A stretch of 64,000 nucleotides of DNA from Lama guanicoe (Eukaryota), in the NCBI GenBank assembly GCA_013239625.1, contig MU054212.1, positions 6,670,270 to 6,734,269 of the forward strand. The letters run 5' to 3'. Every line of letters starts with the position of its first letter. Positions within the stretch are counted from its first letter, which is position 1. Both the position numbers and the translations under genes were made by a program. The notes under the pieces were generated by a model, which was not told the DNA's origin, did no database searches, and saw only the letters and a list, made by a program, of their open reading frames with translations. This document shows, in pieces, positions 23,948-37,310 of this stretch.

Positions 23948-26274
23948 CACAACACAGTTATAGTGTGATTATACTTTACCTTTATCTTTATTATTTAATC
24001 TTTTACATTTTGGTATACTGAACTACCCAAGACTACAAGTGGAGAGAATTATTCTCGTACTTTGATTTACATTGAATGCCATATGGCTGTTCATTATAGT
24101 TAGGCTTTTCAACATAATTATTTTGCCAACAACTATTTATAAACACAAAGTACTTCAGGGGAAACCAAGATGAAAACACTTCAGCCTCTGCCGTCAATGA
24201 GATTTAATTCTGAGTGGGAGAAAACATTCATTAAGAAACACAATATTAGTGAGACACATTCAAGTTCCATGCAAGCAGTGCGGGAAACGTGCATGAGGTG
24301 TTTGGAGGAGCCAGGAAGCTCTAGCATTTGCTTTTGAGCTGGACTTTGAAGGAGGGCAGACAGGCTAAAACAGCCACGTTGTTGTGAAAGGAGTACTCCA
24401 GGCAGAGGGAAGGTGTGGGAAAAGGTAAGTTGAAGAACCACCCTTGGAATCACAAACTTTCTGTTCAGTGTGAAAATCCCTGTGAATCACCCTCACAATG
24501 CCGGATCCAGACCCCCCATCCCTACGTATCTAATGTACGAGGTTGGCCTGAAGTGGATTATCACAGCACTACCTGTTTCAATCCACAGCAATGACAGCGG
24601 TAAAATTAGAGTCATTATGTGCTAGTTATATGTTTTCTAATACCCATTATGCTCTAGAAGGAAAAACAGCCAGAGGGGAAGAGACGGCTGTAACATTGAC
24701 ACTCAAGCTTCCCTTAAGAGATTCCCTTTCAGGTCTTCCCACTTGAACCAAATTTTTCAGCACCCTAGCCAGACTTGGGAGCGTTCTGCAATACCATTGT
24801 AATCAACAAAGCCATCTTTTTTGTGTTTTCCACTCACCCTGGCACAGATAAAGGAGACTGGAATTTTCTAAAGGAATGTTATTTCAGAAGTGTGTGAGTG
24901 GTCCTTCTGCCTCTGGTTCTGGCAGACTACCTTGTGTTAAACTAGCCTCCTGCCAAGTACAAGCAGAAAAGCTGGAAAGAGTTTAAAAAAATCTCTGATT
25001 GGGGGCAGTAATCCTTTGATTGGAGGGTTAGAGTTAGTGTCAGGGCTAGGGTTAGCTACTAAGGCTGTCAATGCTTGAGGGACCATTAAGTCAGGGAGAA
25101 GGAATTGCATTGAGGTCATCCCAACATTTTGTGCCACATTTCCTCTCAGTGAACATGCCAATTCACAGGTGGGGTGGGCTTGAGAACTGAGAAACTGAGC
25201 AGAGTTTTTGACAATTTTACAATGCCAGGGAGATGAAAATTCGCATTCAGGGCTGTGAGGGCAGCCAGGACTTGAGGAGTCGAAGTCCTGAAGAGAAGTG
25301 ACATTTTCTAGGGAATCAAGAAAGAAGGTGGACAGCCACGAAGAAACCTTCAGCTAAGACGATGGGGAGCCAAGTAGATTTCAGCAGTCTTGTGGTCCTG
25401 GAGAAACCAAATGAAAATTCAGGGCCCGCCAAGAAGGCAGGACCTTACAAGCATGCCAGTTTTTCAGTTGAGACCCCTGAAGCCTACATTTTACCAGTAG
25501 AGGTGAAAAAAAATTAGCTTTCACAAAAATGGAAATTCAGCTTCAATTCAGCTCCATCTCAACTTGGAATAGTGTAAACTATTCCTATTCTCATGGCTCA
25601 GCAGAAGCAAAAGTCAATCATCTGTCCAGGAGATGACATCATTCAGAGTTTCAAACTACCATGTACAATGTCTGGTATTCAACAACAACTACAAATTACC
25701 AAGAAGGAAAACACCAGGAGAAAACACCGAGTTGCAGAAAAGCAAGAGAAAACAATCAACAAAACAGAAAGAGGTGAGTCAGGTAATGAAAGTCCAGGAC
25801 CTGGACTTAAACTGTGATGATAATACTGTAGTAGTTAACCAAAAAGAAAAAAAAAAAAAGCTAGAGTGGCTATATTAATATCAAACAAAGTGGACTTTAA
25901 GATCATCATCAGAGGATCAATTCACCAGGAAGAAATAAGAATTTCAAATCTATATGTGCCAGATAGTAAAGCATCAAACTATGTAAAGCCAATTCAACAG
26001 AATTAAAAGGGATATTGACACGTCTATAATCACAGTGATTGACAGAGTCAAACACATTTGTTTTAATAACTGAAAGAGCAAGCCTGAAGAAAATTTAGTG
26101 AAGATATAGAAAGCCATGATTAACACTCCAAACCTAGTTGACTTACATAGAACACAGCTCAAAGCAAGGGCAGAATATATGTCTATACTTTGATCATTTA
26201 CCAAAATCGAACATATGGCAAGCCATAAAGTAAACTTCAGTTAAACTGAAAACATACAGAATATATTCTATAGT

Positions 26275-26545
26275 TAACACTTAAGTATTATATATTTAAA
26301 TATTTGTTAAGAGTGTAGATCTAATGTTAATGTTTTTAACACAAAAATAAAAAACAAAACAAAAAACAAAGGGCAGCAGGAAAGTTTTAGAGGTCATGGA
26401 TGTATTTATAACCTTGACTGAGATGAAGGTTCCATGGGGGTGTGCACAGTGCATGTATCCAGACTCACTAAATTGTTTACATTAAATATGCCCGACTTTT
26501 TTGTATATCAAGGATAGCTCAATAAAGTTGTTTTTTAAGAAAGAA
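26275..26545 (+). mobile_element. L1MA/MB-type 3' end within the older L1
   Basis: ttgttaagagtgtagatct...ggaaagttttagaggtcatggatg...ctcaataaagttg. Confidence 0.75.
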
Positions 26546-28347
26546 AATCTCAAATTATTTAGAAATTGTGAAATTCTCTTCTGTAATTCACAAGGAAATA
26601 CTTAAAGTGGAAATTAGAAAGTATTTTTAACTTAATGATAATAAAAACATGATAGATTAAAACTTGTGGATTGCAGCTAAAGCTGTGATGAGAGGGGACA
26701 TTTTAATCTTAAATGCATATTACAGAAAAGAAGAAAGGTTATAAATCAATGATCTGAGCACCTATTTCAAGAAGATACGAACAATTTGAGAAATAAGACA
26801 TAAATAATACAGAGAAGAAAAAGATAACATACAGAAAACAAATGTACAAATAGAGAAATCGAAGAAGCAAAAAGTTGGGTATTTGAAAGACTAATAAAAT
26901 AGATAAAATCCTAGAAAGATTGATGAAAGGAAAAAAATAGAGAATAAACTCAAACTATCAAAATAGCAATACAGATATTACTCCACATCCTTCAGTCAGT
27001 AAATAAATAATAAAAATATTAAGTATAAGCAATGAATTTGAATATTCAGATAAAATGGACAAATCCTTGAGAAACACAATTTAATAAACCTGATATAAGA
27101 AGAAATAGAAAAGTTAAACAGTCCTATATCTACTAATGCTGTTAAATCTACAAAAAACATCTTTTCACAAAGAAATGTCAGAACAAGGTGTCTTTGTCAG
27201 TAAATGCTTTCAAACATTTACAGAAGAAATAGAGTCACTTTTACATACAAAAAAGGAAAAAACCCTCTCAAGTAGTTTTTACTGCAAGAGCAATAATTCC
27301 AGCAGATGTTATTTAAAATAGTGGTATGACACTGTGAGATGGGAATTTCTCAAAAGCCTCTTTTCAGGAACAAAGGATCCCTCCTATGTTTTCCTTTATT
27401 TTTTTCTGTCTATAATTTTTTTTTTTGCTAAAAAACTGTAGTCTTTACCTGCCAAAAGCAAAAGTAAATCTCTGGAAGAAGACAACACCCAGAACTTCAA
27501 ACTACCTCTATCAGAGGCCAGAGTAATCCTGATACCAAAACTTGACAAAATCTTCATAAGAAAGGAATTGTAGACCCATCTATTTCATGATCACAGGTGC
27601 AAAGATCCTAAACAAATGATACCCTCATTTAACTTCTATGACATGTTAAACAATAATACATCATTACAAATTAGTATATTCCTGGCATACAAGACTGATT
27701 TAATGTTTCAAAATCAATTTTAACAACAAAACAAAATTATATTATCATTGCAACGGATTCATAAAAAGATCCGATCAAAGTCAACATCATTTATGACAAA
27801 AGCTCATACCAAACCAAGCATGAAAAAGGAAATTTCCTTATTTTGATAAAAGATATCAATGAAAACTACATTAAATATCACAATTAGAAATGAAATGCTT
27901 TCCTTGCAGAAATCAGAATATGACAACACTGCATATTATTATAATATCTCTTCAACTTTCTACTAGGAGTTTTAGCCACTGCAAATGGGAAAAAATAAAT
28001 AGTATAAATATGGAAGAAAGTAAATAAAACTGTGATTACTTGTAGCACTGTAAGCATTCAGAAAATATAAAATATTTCAAAAATAAAGTATTAGAATAAA
28101 TAAATGAATTTAGCTAGTTAACTAGTATAAGCTTAACATAAAAAATCAGCTGTATTTTTATATACCAGAAACTGTTAAAAAATAATTTCAAAGAAAAGAT
28201 ATTATATACAATAGCATCAACAGAATCAAATATCTTTAACTAAATCTAAGGAAAGATGTAAGAAATCTACACTAAAAAATCATAAAACACTGAGATAAAT
28301 TAAAGATTTAATCACATGGTAGACATATTATAGTCAAGAAGTAGAAG

Positions 28348-28754
28348 TGTCCAACAACAGATGCATGGCTAAAAAAGATGTTGTATGTATGGAATACTAC
28401 TCAGCCATGAAAAAGAATGAAATTTTGTCATTTGCAGCAACATAGATGGACTTAGATGGCATTATGCTAAGTGAAATACATCAAGCAGAGAAAGAGAACT
28501 ACTATATATTGCTTAAATGTGGAATCTAAAAGATACAACAAACTAGTGAACATAACATAAAAGCAGACTCACAGATAAAGAGAACAAACTAGTGGTTATC
28601 AGTGTGAGGGCAGTATACAGGTGGAAGAGTGAGAAGTACAAACTCTTGGGTGAAAGATGGGCTCAAGGATGCATTGTACAATACAGGGAATGTAGCCAAT
28701 ATTTTGTATTAACTGTAAATGGAAAATAACCTTTAAACATTGCATAAAAATTTA
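28348..28754 (+). mobile_element. Younger L1 3' end inserted in old L1 ORF2
   Basis: tggaatactactcagccatgaaaaagaatgaaatttt...gagaacaaactagtggtt; imperfect TSD aagaagtagaag (28336-28347) / aagaaattagaag (28755-28767). Confidence 0.85.
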
Positions 28755-29204
28755 AAGAAATTAGAAGACTCAATACTACTAAATTGTCAATTTTCTCCAA
28801 CTTGATTTATAGATTTAATGTCAAATTTCCAGTAGGTTTTTTTGGGGGGAGAGGGTAGAAATTAACAAGCTGATTCTAAAATTATATGAAAGTGCAAAGA
28901 TGCAGTGATAGTGAAAGGAAATAAATCATGAAGAAGAACAAAATTGGAATATGTATGGTGTTAGATGCCAAGACCTTATTTCACTAGCTTTATGATGAGA
29001 TAGTATGGAATTGACATAAAGATTGACTCTTAAATCAACAGAACATATAGAGTCCAGAAAAAAAACTCTACATTCTCTTGACAACATGTGTTCTCTTGGT
29101 TTGTGACATTCAGTGACACTGCAGACTGTAGAAAAAGAATGCTTTTCCTATAATAGTGCTGGGCTGACGAGGTATCATCTTGATCCCCATTTAATACCAC
29201 AAAT

Positions 29205-29415
29205 CAGTCATTTTCAATGGGAGTGACTTTGGCCTCTCTACCTCCAAGGACATCCAGAAATATCTGGAGACATTATTGTCATGAGCGAGCTGGGGGAGTG
29301 CTACTGTTATCTAGGGGGTACCAGTCAGGGATGCCGCCAAGCATCCTACAGTTTGTGGTAAAGTTCCCAACAGCAAAGAAGTATCTTGTTCCAAATACCA
29401 GATTGAGAAACTCTG
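29205..29415 (+). mobile_element. MER20 (hAT-Charlie) inserted in the old L1
   Basis: cagtcattttcaa...tctggagacatt...gtgctactg...cagggatgccgccaagcatcctaca...ttgagaaactctg. Confidence 0.85.
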
Positions 29416-31607
29416 TGGTAAAGAAAAATCGATCTCAGGAAGACTGTAAGCTTAAATATGAAAGAATATTAAACGTTTCTTGCAGGTAACAAGAAAGAAG
29501 TATTCATGACCTTGGGGTTGGTAAAGATTTTTTAAGCATGACACAAAAGAGCAGCAAGCCAGAAGGACAATACTGATAGATGAGGTTGCAATTTATCAAA
29601 ACATACCACCAACATAGTACAATGTTAAGACATGGAGTAGAAGATATTTGCAATATATACATAACCAGCAAAATACTTACATCCAGAATATGTAAACACT
29701 AAGACTCAAGAAGAAAAGAAGACAGACAACCCAGCAGAAAAACAGGCAAAAGAATTAAACAGGTACTTCATAGTAGAGAATATGAATTTGATGATACATA
29801 TGTGAGAACGTGTCAACATCATTAGTCATTAAGAAGATTAAAATTAAAACTACCATGAAATAATACTACATATTCACCAGAAAGGTGAAAATGGAAAAGA
29901 CTGAGAAATGAAACATTGATTAGACTGTGGAGGTACTGGAATTTTCATACATCGTTGATGGCAAGGTACATTGGGACACCCTCTTTGGAAAACCATTGTT
30001 ATCTACTAAAACTGAATATATTCATACCCCTGTGACTTAAGAGATTTCCTTCCAACAGAAATGTGTACATACATTGACTAAAAGATGTATGTATACACAT
30101 ACACTATACTTACATGTGTATATGTATATATGTATGAATGCTTAGAGCAGCATTATTTATAACAATTCATAACAGTTCTAAACTAGTACCAATCCAATTG
30201 TCTATCAAAAAAAGAAGAAATAAATAAAATTCTGTTATATTCACATAATGGAATTCCTCACAGGAATAAAAACAAACAAACTACTGTTGTATGCAATTAC
30301 ATGAATAAATCACATAATGTTGAATGAAAGTAGTCAGACACGAGGGCACACGCTGTATCATTTCATATATATATAAAGTTGCAAATCAGGCAAAACTAAT
30401 ATATGGCATCTGGGTTGAGATGATGGTATCTTTGGAAGGGAGGTAGAGACAGGGACTCAGGAAAGGTCCATGGACAACTTCCGAAGTGTGATGTTATTTA
30501 TTTCCCTATCTGGGTGGTGTGCTCATTGTGTGAAAATTCACTGAGCTACACACTTAGGATTTGTGCACTTTCCTCGCATCTGTATTGATAAAAATATTTT
30601 TTTTGAAAAAAATGTACAAGAGTAGGGTTGGGTGAAGGGAAAGTTGATGTAGAAATAAATGAAGTATACTTTAAAAAATGCATATTAGTGTATGAGTTTT
30701 CAGGACAAAGATTTCGGCTCCTCAGCTACCAGTACAAAGTACTAGAGAATTATAGTAAGTTTCCTTAAATTCTCTTACTGTAAAATAAGTTGGCAGCAAC
30801 AGTTGGGTGTTCCTTTCTTACCAGGTTTCCCTAGTTATTTGTTTGGTTTTTTCCTTCAGTGTGTGTTTTTGTTTTTTAACTATTAGTGTGGGCCTGCAGC
30901 AGACAAATTTTCTTTCTACTTTCCCTCCCTCAAATTATTTCGCCCTGCCCTCAGGGCTGAGTCAGAGCTGTTGAACCAGTCTTGAGAGACCCCTCATCTT
31001 CAACAGTATCTTCCTCCGGAGAGAAGCCTTGGCCGAGTGGGGCCTCTGCTCTTGGAGCTGACACACCTGGGTGGCAAGGGAGAGTCACATTCCCATTTCT
31101 CAGGAGTACAACTTGGTACAATTTATCAGCTATTTCAGAGTGCCTACAAATAGATGCTTGCCAATATATATACTGTTTCTGCTGACGAGCTGTGTTACAT
31201 TTTTTCATTGGTGCCCATCTATGTGACTTCCACAAAGCGAATTTGCTGTTAAATCTGTAATCTGTTCATTGAGAATTGTTATTATAGTTGGTTCCTTTCT
31301 TCTGTGCAAAAGACACATTATTTCAATATACATTCGACACAGTGCTTCTAATCCACTAAAGGAACTTATTATTTTAGAGAATATAAAATTTTGAAATTAA
31401 CAAAGCTGCTAATAACACCCTCAAGTTAAATTCCATGCATCTTCCTAAACCTGGACAGCAAGACTTTGGGTCAGTAGGTTCTGTTTGAGTAATCTACAAT
31501 CTCAAGTTGAGTTTTCAAAACTACACTACACATTTTAAAATTATAACTTTAAAATTCCACTTCTAGAATAAGCGGGACCTTTTGAGACACTACAGTTTAT
31601 CCAAAAA

Positions 31608-31610
<3 letters not shown>

Positions 31611-31638
<28 letters not shown>
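31611..31638. repeat. (TG)14 microsatellite
   Basis: direct read. Confidence 0.95.
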
Positions 31639-31641
<3 letters not shown>

Positions 31642-32609
31642 CAGATTCCAGAGAGAAAGATGGAAAGGAGATCATTGAAGGAGACTTCGTACCCTAAAAG
31701 AGCCTTTTGAAGAACTCCTGTCTCGGAATGACATAGTGTTGTTTTAAACAAGTCCTGCTGGAATTATTGCTGCCATGGTGCAGATGGCAGAGAAGGACTG
31801 TCCCTGAGGATGAAATAGTGCTCGCGGTCTGCACTGCAGATGGAGCTGTGAATGCTACGGGGAAACAGGACAGAGAAGATGAGGGGGGAGCGAGGGGCAG
31901 AGAAATAAGCAGAAGTGAATATTCAACCTTTTCATAAATTCTGAATTTCTTGCACACTGCACTTGAATTGCAGAAAGACTCCAGGAAGCTAGTATTGGAC
32001 TTCACATGGTGCATACACGGAAGAACTTGGAAATAAGGGAAATCAGATGGCGCTCTGAGACTCAAGCTATAAAATCGGTGCACGAGGAATGAAGCACACG
32101 TGGTCACCTGAGAGGGACTGGTTCCCGCATCCAAGGGAGCATCCCAAGATTCTGCTCTACCTGTTCTCTGAGTGCGTATCCCAGATTCTCCTACCCTGGC
32201 CTCCTCATTCTCTACCATGCACTTACATTTTACATGACTGTCCTTCATTAGGTCTTGTACCCACTAACGCTGCTAACTCCACTGGAGACTACACCGGCCA
32301 TCAGCCCATCCTCAGGGGAGGATCACTGTTTTATTCTGTACCCAATATGCACAGGCTTTGCCCCAATTTCCCACAATATAGCATTTACAAATACCAGTTT
32401 GTAAATTTAAGGAGGTTTTACGTAAGGTTTGGGAATAAAGGAATGGGTGTAAAATCTGGGGAAGAATTAACAACCTGTTCGTAAGCCCAGACTCTCTCCA
32501 GGTAAAGTTCAGGTGTGGTCCCCCTTTCTCTCCCAGCCTACTGCAGGGGTAGGCAGGGGCCACTCATGTCCATCCACCTTCTGTATCAGACCTCATGCAT
32601 CTGACGCCA

Positions 32610-32750
32610 CGGGAGAATCTGTTGCTTTCTCCCATCCCCTCTCAGGCTCTCTGCATAAAGTAATGTGTCTGTCTTGATCTCAGTTGCAATTTCAACATCA
32701 AGCAAAGGGTCTAAGACATAGTGGGTTCTCAATAAACACTGTGTGAGTTT
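32610..32750 (+). mobile_element. L2 3' end fragment
   Basis: gggtctaagacatagtgggttctcaataaa. Confidence 0.55.
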
Positions 32751-35024
32751 TTAAAAAAGAATGGTCGTTTGGTCATTGTTTATTCTCCTCTGGAGACTTG
32801 ACAACTATGACTGTATCATCCGAATCTGTCAACATTTCTGAGTAGCAGGACCCCCTGAAATTCTTTGAAGATGCTCTTTCTCTAAGTTACAGGCCAGATG
32901 ATGACTATCATTTCTTCATCCTCCTTTGGACTGGGAACTTGACAACACACATTCCTCAAATTCACCCTTGAAACCCCTGTCTTCTGAGTGAGCAGTTCAG
33001 GGAATTTTGATCACTGGAAGCTGTGTAACTGATTTTTGAGATGGTTTTGTAAATCGTGCATCTCAGACAGAGCAATAATTTTAGTTAGTTTCCTAAAGCC
33101 TTATTTGAGTGTGGTCCCCAGAACAGCACCTGTGTCACCTGGGACTTTGAAATGCAGGATCGCATGATGTGGGTTCCCCATGCTTCACCTCACACTGTCC
33201 CATCGATGGTTGTCCAGGCTGTAGACAGTCAAAGTGATGGACAGGATGGTCCCTCCTTTGTCATGGTCCTCCTCTTCTTCCCCCACATCTATGGGCTCTG
33301 CCCTGGTTCTCCTAGATCATATCTCTCTATTCAAACACCCACTTGATTAGTATTTGGGGATGTGATTATTCTTAATCAATTGATTAATTTGACGAAACTC
33401 AATTGACACAGTATTTGGCAGGGACATTTCGTATTTTGGGCTTTGGCACTGTGACGATTCCCTTGCTTCAGTGAAGATTAATTTCTCTCCTTTTTAGTTA
33501 GTAGTTTTTGGTAGGTGGCTTTATTTTGACATCTTTTCCCATACACCCAGACCATACTTATTCTAATGAGGCTTCACTGATGTTTTAGAGAGAAATCAAA
33601 CAGATCAACATGGAAAAAAGGATACAGCTCTTCCACCTGGGTCATCCCTAGTGTCTTGTAGCTGGCGGCCCTGTGCCTCCCTTCCAGCCTTGTGGACAGC
33701 ACGCGCCATCCACAGAAAGGAGCTCACTCTGTCCCTCCACCACGATCCCTTCCTCCCCCCTCCCAACCCCCACCAAGAACTGCCCCAAACCTCTCCAGGC
33801 TCTGTAGCCTGGGTGCAAATAACTCAGCCTCACACAGTTATTCTCTAGCCTCCATTTAAGATTGATCCCCTGAGATCGCATTTCTATAGGAGCACACTGA
33901 ACCCCTCTTAGGATGAATAGCAAGAAAGACATCCATTCCTTAAAGAGAGCAGCCTTGTTTAGACATGCAGGTTTGTGGTTTAGCCTGAAAGTTCCACAAG
34001 GCAAACATAAAATAGTGAAATGTTGATACATCTCCAAATTTCTTGGTTAGTCATTTGCGTCCAAATGTCCATACTGCATATAGAAAAAATGTGGCAAACA
34101 GAGGGAATGACTTCCCAGCCATGGAGGGAAAGAAAGGAGAGCCAGCAGAGCAGCTTTTGTTAGGGGCCCTCTTCAGTTAAGTGGCCACTTTGTCTCGCCA
34201 TTGAATCGCTGTCTGCAGCCCCTCAGAACCAACGCTATTAAACATCAGAATCCTATAACCGGCTTGTTCTGATTCCACTCTGATCTTTTCATAACTTGAT
34301 TTCCTATGTGCTTTGTCTACAGGGAAAACATATGCTTACTTAGCCCGCTGATATGAAAGTTTTCCTTGGCAGTTAACTTTCTCCTTATGAATTAAAAACA
34401 AAAATTCAGATTTTGCTAGTGAGTCAGTTAGAAGCTTTGATGTATGGTTTAGCATCCTGAAGTTAGGTGGTCTCCAGAATAAAGATGAGGTGGAGTTTCA
34501 GAGTATGCGAGGCTGATGACAGCCCCTACCTAGACTGTGGTCAACGAATGCACCAAGGGCGTGCGCCTGAAGGGGTGGCTCTTGGAGGTGAGACACGCTT
34601 CCCTGGAGAGGCTGCTTCAGCAGGACAGGGTCTGTTTTCATTTGAACCCCCAAAGTATGTACCCTGCCTACCTAGAGGAATCACCGATCTGACACATCCA
34701 AATACTGGTGAAATTAGACTCATTTAATGAATCTATTGTTCCAACTCAGCCTTACAAACAATTCGAAGAAGCGCCCAAGCCCAAAACAATTTTAACCAAT
34801 AAATCATCCTTTATAGAGGTCAAAGCTTTGAAAAATTACATCAGAGTTTACCAAGCAGAAATAATTTCTCATCCTGGGAGGGTAAGTGTTTATAGACAAG
34901 ATTGGTTTCACTTATTTAGGTGAGTAGAAAATATAAGATACCCTAGATATTAAATTTTAGCAAAACTTGAAATAATTCCCTAGTTTTTGTAAAAATAATT
35001 TTTTTACCCTCACTGACATAAGAA

Positions 35025-35255
35025 GGAAACCCATATATTGAGCATTTTCTATGTGCAAAGCAGTATGATCAGTGATTGATACACATTATCTCATCTAATT
35101 CTTACAACTGCTTAATTAGTTATGATACCGTCTTATTTCACAAATGAGGAAATTGAGGCATTTAGAATTTGTGGCTTAGCTAAAGTCATACAAGTAATAT
35201 GTTATAGAGCCAGAATTATAACCTAGGGCTGTGCCCCTGCTGGAGAAGAAATATT
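35025..35255 (-). mobile_element. MIR SINE
   Basis: attatctcatctaattcttacaac...atgaggaaattgaggca. Confidence 0.85.
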
Positions 35256-35271
35256 TCATTATTACTCTTTC

Positions 35272-35843
35272 AGTTCTTCCCAGCCAGAGAACACCACAAA
35301 CACATCTAGAGTTGAAGTTTGGGTTAATTACTCCTTGCGTGGAGGGAGCACACATACCATGGGAACTGTAGGGTGTCTCAGTAAGAGGGGTTAGAAAGAA
35401 CCTATTATAGAACATGGGCTCTGGTTGGGTAATCTGGGGAGGGGTCCAAGGAAGTGGGAGTTCACTTTAGACTGGATAGAAAGCAGGAGTCATATGATAG
35501 TCGGGTATCTCAGTTAATCTTGTCTGCAGGAAGGGCACACTGAGTCAAGATAAAGCCATAATGGCTGGTAAGGAACCATTCAAATTAGCCTATAGAGGGG
35601 GATTTCTGGTATTTCATGGGTGGCACAGTGACCTTGCTTTCATCTGTGTTTAGACAAAATTATGAAATGCCCTTGTCTTATCTAAGTGACCTTGTCTAAC
35701 GTTGGTGGTCTGTGAGGTTACCTATGTTTAACAGAAGATACACGTGGCTTAGCTATGGGCCCCAATCCAGCTTCAAAGAACGTGCAGTTGTAGCTGTGTC
35801 AGACCACTTTCTGGATGTCAGGGGCTGCTTTCCGATTTCTCTT
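35272..35843 (-). mobile_element. MER76-like ERVL solo LTR
   Basis: Reverse complement reads gaaagcagcccctgacatccag...ttctttctaacccctcttactgagac...gttcccatggtatgtg, matching recalled MER76. Confidence 0.8.
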
Positions 35844-35999
35844 CTAAAACCACGATACGACAGTAGAGTAGTAACAGTGGCTGAGCTGTGAGATTATGAA
35901 ACCAAGGGTTCTTTCTTGACTAGAAGGATTGTTAGGCTTTGGGTGGTTCTAAATGGGAAGCTGAGGAATAGACAAGGCAATTTTGATGGGGCTGCCCAC

Positions 36000-36235
36000 T
36001 GGGACATTTTTTCTGAGAAAGAGAGAGAGAAGAGAATGGGAGGAAGAAAGAGAGATGGCATTCAAGATGGAAGCTGCAATCTGCCAGAAGCACATCCCAT
36101 CCCATCTATCGTATTCTATTCATTAGAAATGTGTCACTAAGTTCAGCCCACACATCAGAGGGAAGGGAAGTAACCTTTAGCTCTTGAAAGGAGGAGTAGG
36201 AAAACCTTCTGAACATATTTATTAAACCCCCAAAG
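36000..36235 (-). mobile_element. MaLR LTR fragment (MLT1F-like)
   Basis: attctattcattagaa...gtcactaagttcagcccacac...ctcttgaaaggaggagt. Confidence 0.7.
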
Positions 36236-36380
36236 CATACTTATTGTTTTAGTCACATTTCCCCATAAAATTGTTATACTATGTTTTATTAAGACATATG
36301 TCATGTTCTATATATTATGAAGACAAATTGCATATTACACATTTTAGCTTAATGAAATCTACTTGAATGTACTTAATACG

Positions 36381-36398
36381 AGAGAGAGAGAGAGAGAG
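36381..36398. repeat. (AG)9 microsatellite
   Basis: direct read. Confidence 0.9.
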
Positions 36399-36419
36399 GA
36401 ATAATACCTATTTAAGTAA

Positions 36420-36815
36420 TGCAGGAGAAAGAAAACACAATGCATGCTGCTTAATTGGATTCAAATTCAAATTAACTAGCTATAGAAGATGCTTTGAAGA
36501 CTCCTATAGGTAATTTGAATATGGACTAGATACTAGACAATATTAAGTAGTTCTAAATTTTGTTAGGTATGATAATAAAATTGGGCCATGAGAGGAAAAA
36601 TGCCCTCTTTTGAAAGAGGTACTGAAGTTTTGGGGGTGAAATATAATATCCATAATTTATGTTGCAATTTCTGTCCCCTCCCAAAAAAAAGATGAAGCAA
36701 ATATGCCCAAATTAATGTTCTTCACAATTCAGTAAATGTCACATGGATGTTCAGTATACTATTCTTCCTACTCTTTTGTGTTTGAATTTTTAAAATAATA
36801 ACAAGTAAAATTAAA
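36420..36815 (+). mobile_element. Old L1MC/ME 3' end
   Basis: atttgaatatggactagatactag...atggatgttcagtatactattctt...tttgaattttt. Confidence 0.7.
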
Positions 36816-37114
36816 ACCAAAACTCCCCCCAAAACACCAGTGCAGGTGGGGAGCCTGCCTGCACTGAGACCACAGGCAGGGAGTGGGGCTAAGGAGACCG
36901 TGGGCTTCCCATGTGGTCATCTTCTTGCCGTGCTGGAGAAACTCCACTACATAACAGTATTTCATGTGGGAATGTTAGTTTATAGACTATCATGTTTGTA
37001 GATACAAAATTACTTATATTATTCTTCGTGGGCTATTTTAGGGATTTTGGAAAACGACTTTGATCTCATCTGGGTTTTGCCTGGGATGAGGTTATTTTTT
37101 TTTTCAGAGTTAAC

Positions 37115-37310
37115 TATTTATTTTTTTTAGTTGCCATATCATCAGTTACAATGTTGTGTCAATTTCTGGTGTACAACATAATGTTTCAGTCAGACATATC
37201 CATACATATATTCCTTTTCATATTCTTTTTCATTTTCATTATAGGTTGCTACAGGATACTGAATCAAGTTCCCTCTGCTATATATAGTATGAACTTGTTT
37301 ATCGATTTTA
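37115..37310 (-). mobile_element. Young L1 3' end, reverse orientation
   Basis: cagttacaatgttgtgtcaatttctggtgtacaacataatgtttcagtca...gttccctctgctata; related to the element at 9824; no clear TSD. Confidence 0.85.

Larger units (their letters stand above)
24780..30610 (+). mobile_element. Ancient L1M (L1ME-like), 5' UTR to 3' end with most of ORF1 missing, host to nested insertions
   Basis: ORF2 landmarks in order: gagtggctatattaatatcaaacaaagtggactt (25865), aaaacttgtggattgcagctaaagc (26660), atcctgataccaaaac (27527), acaagctgattctaaaatt (28865); L1ME-type 3' UTR ending near 30600. Confidence 0.85.
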
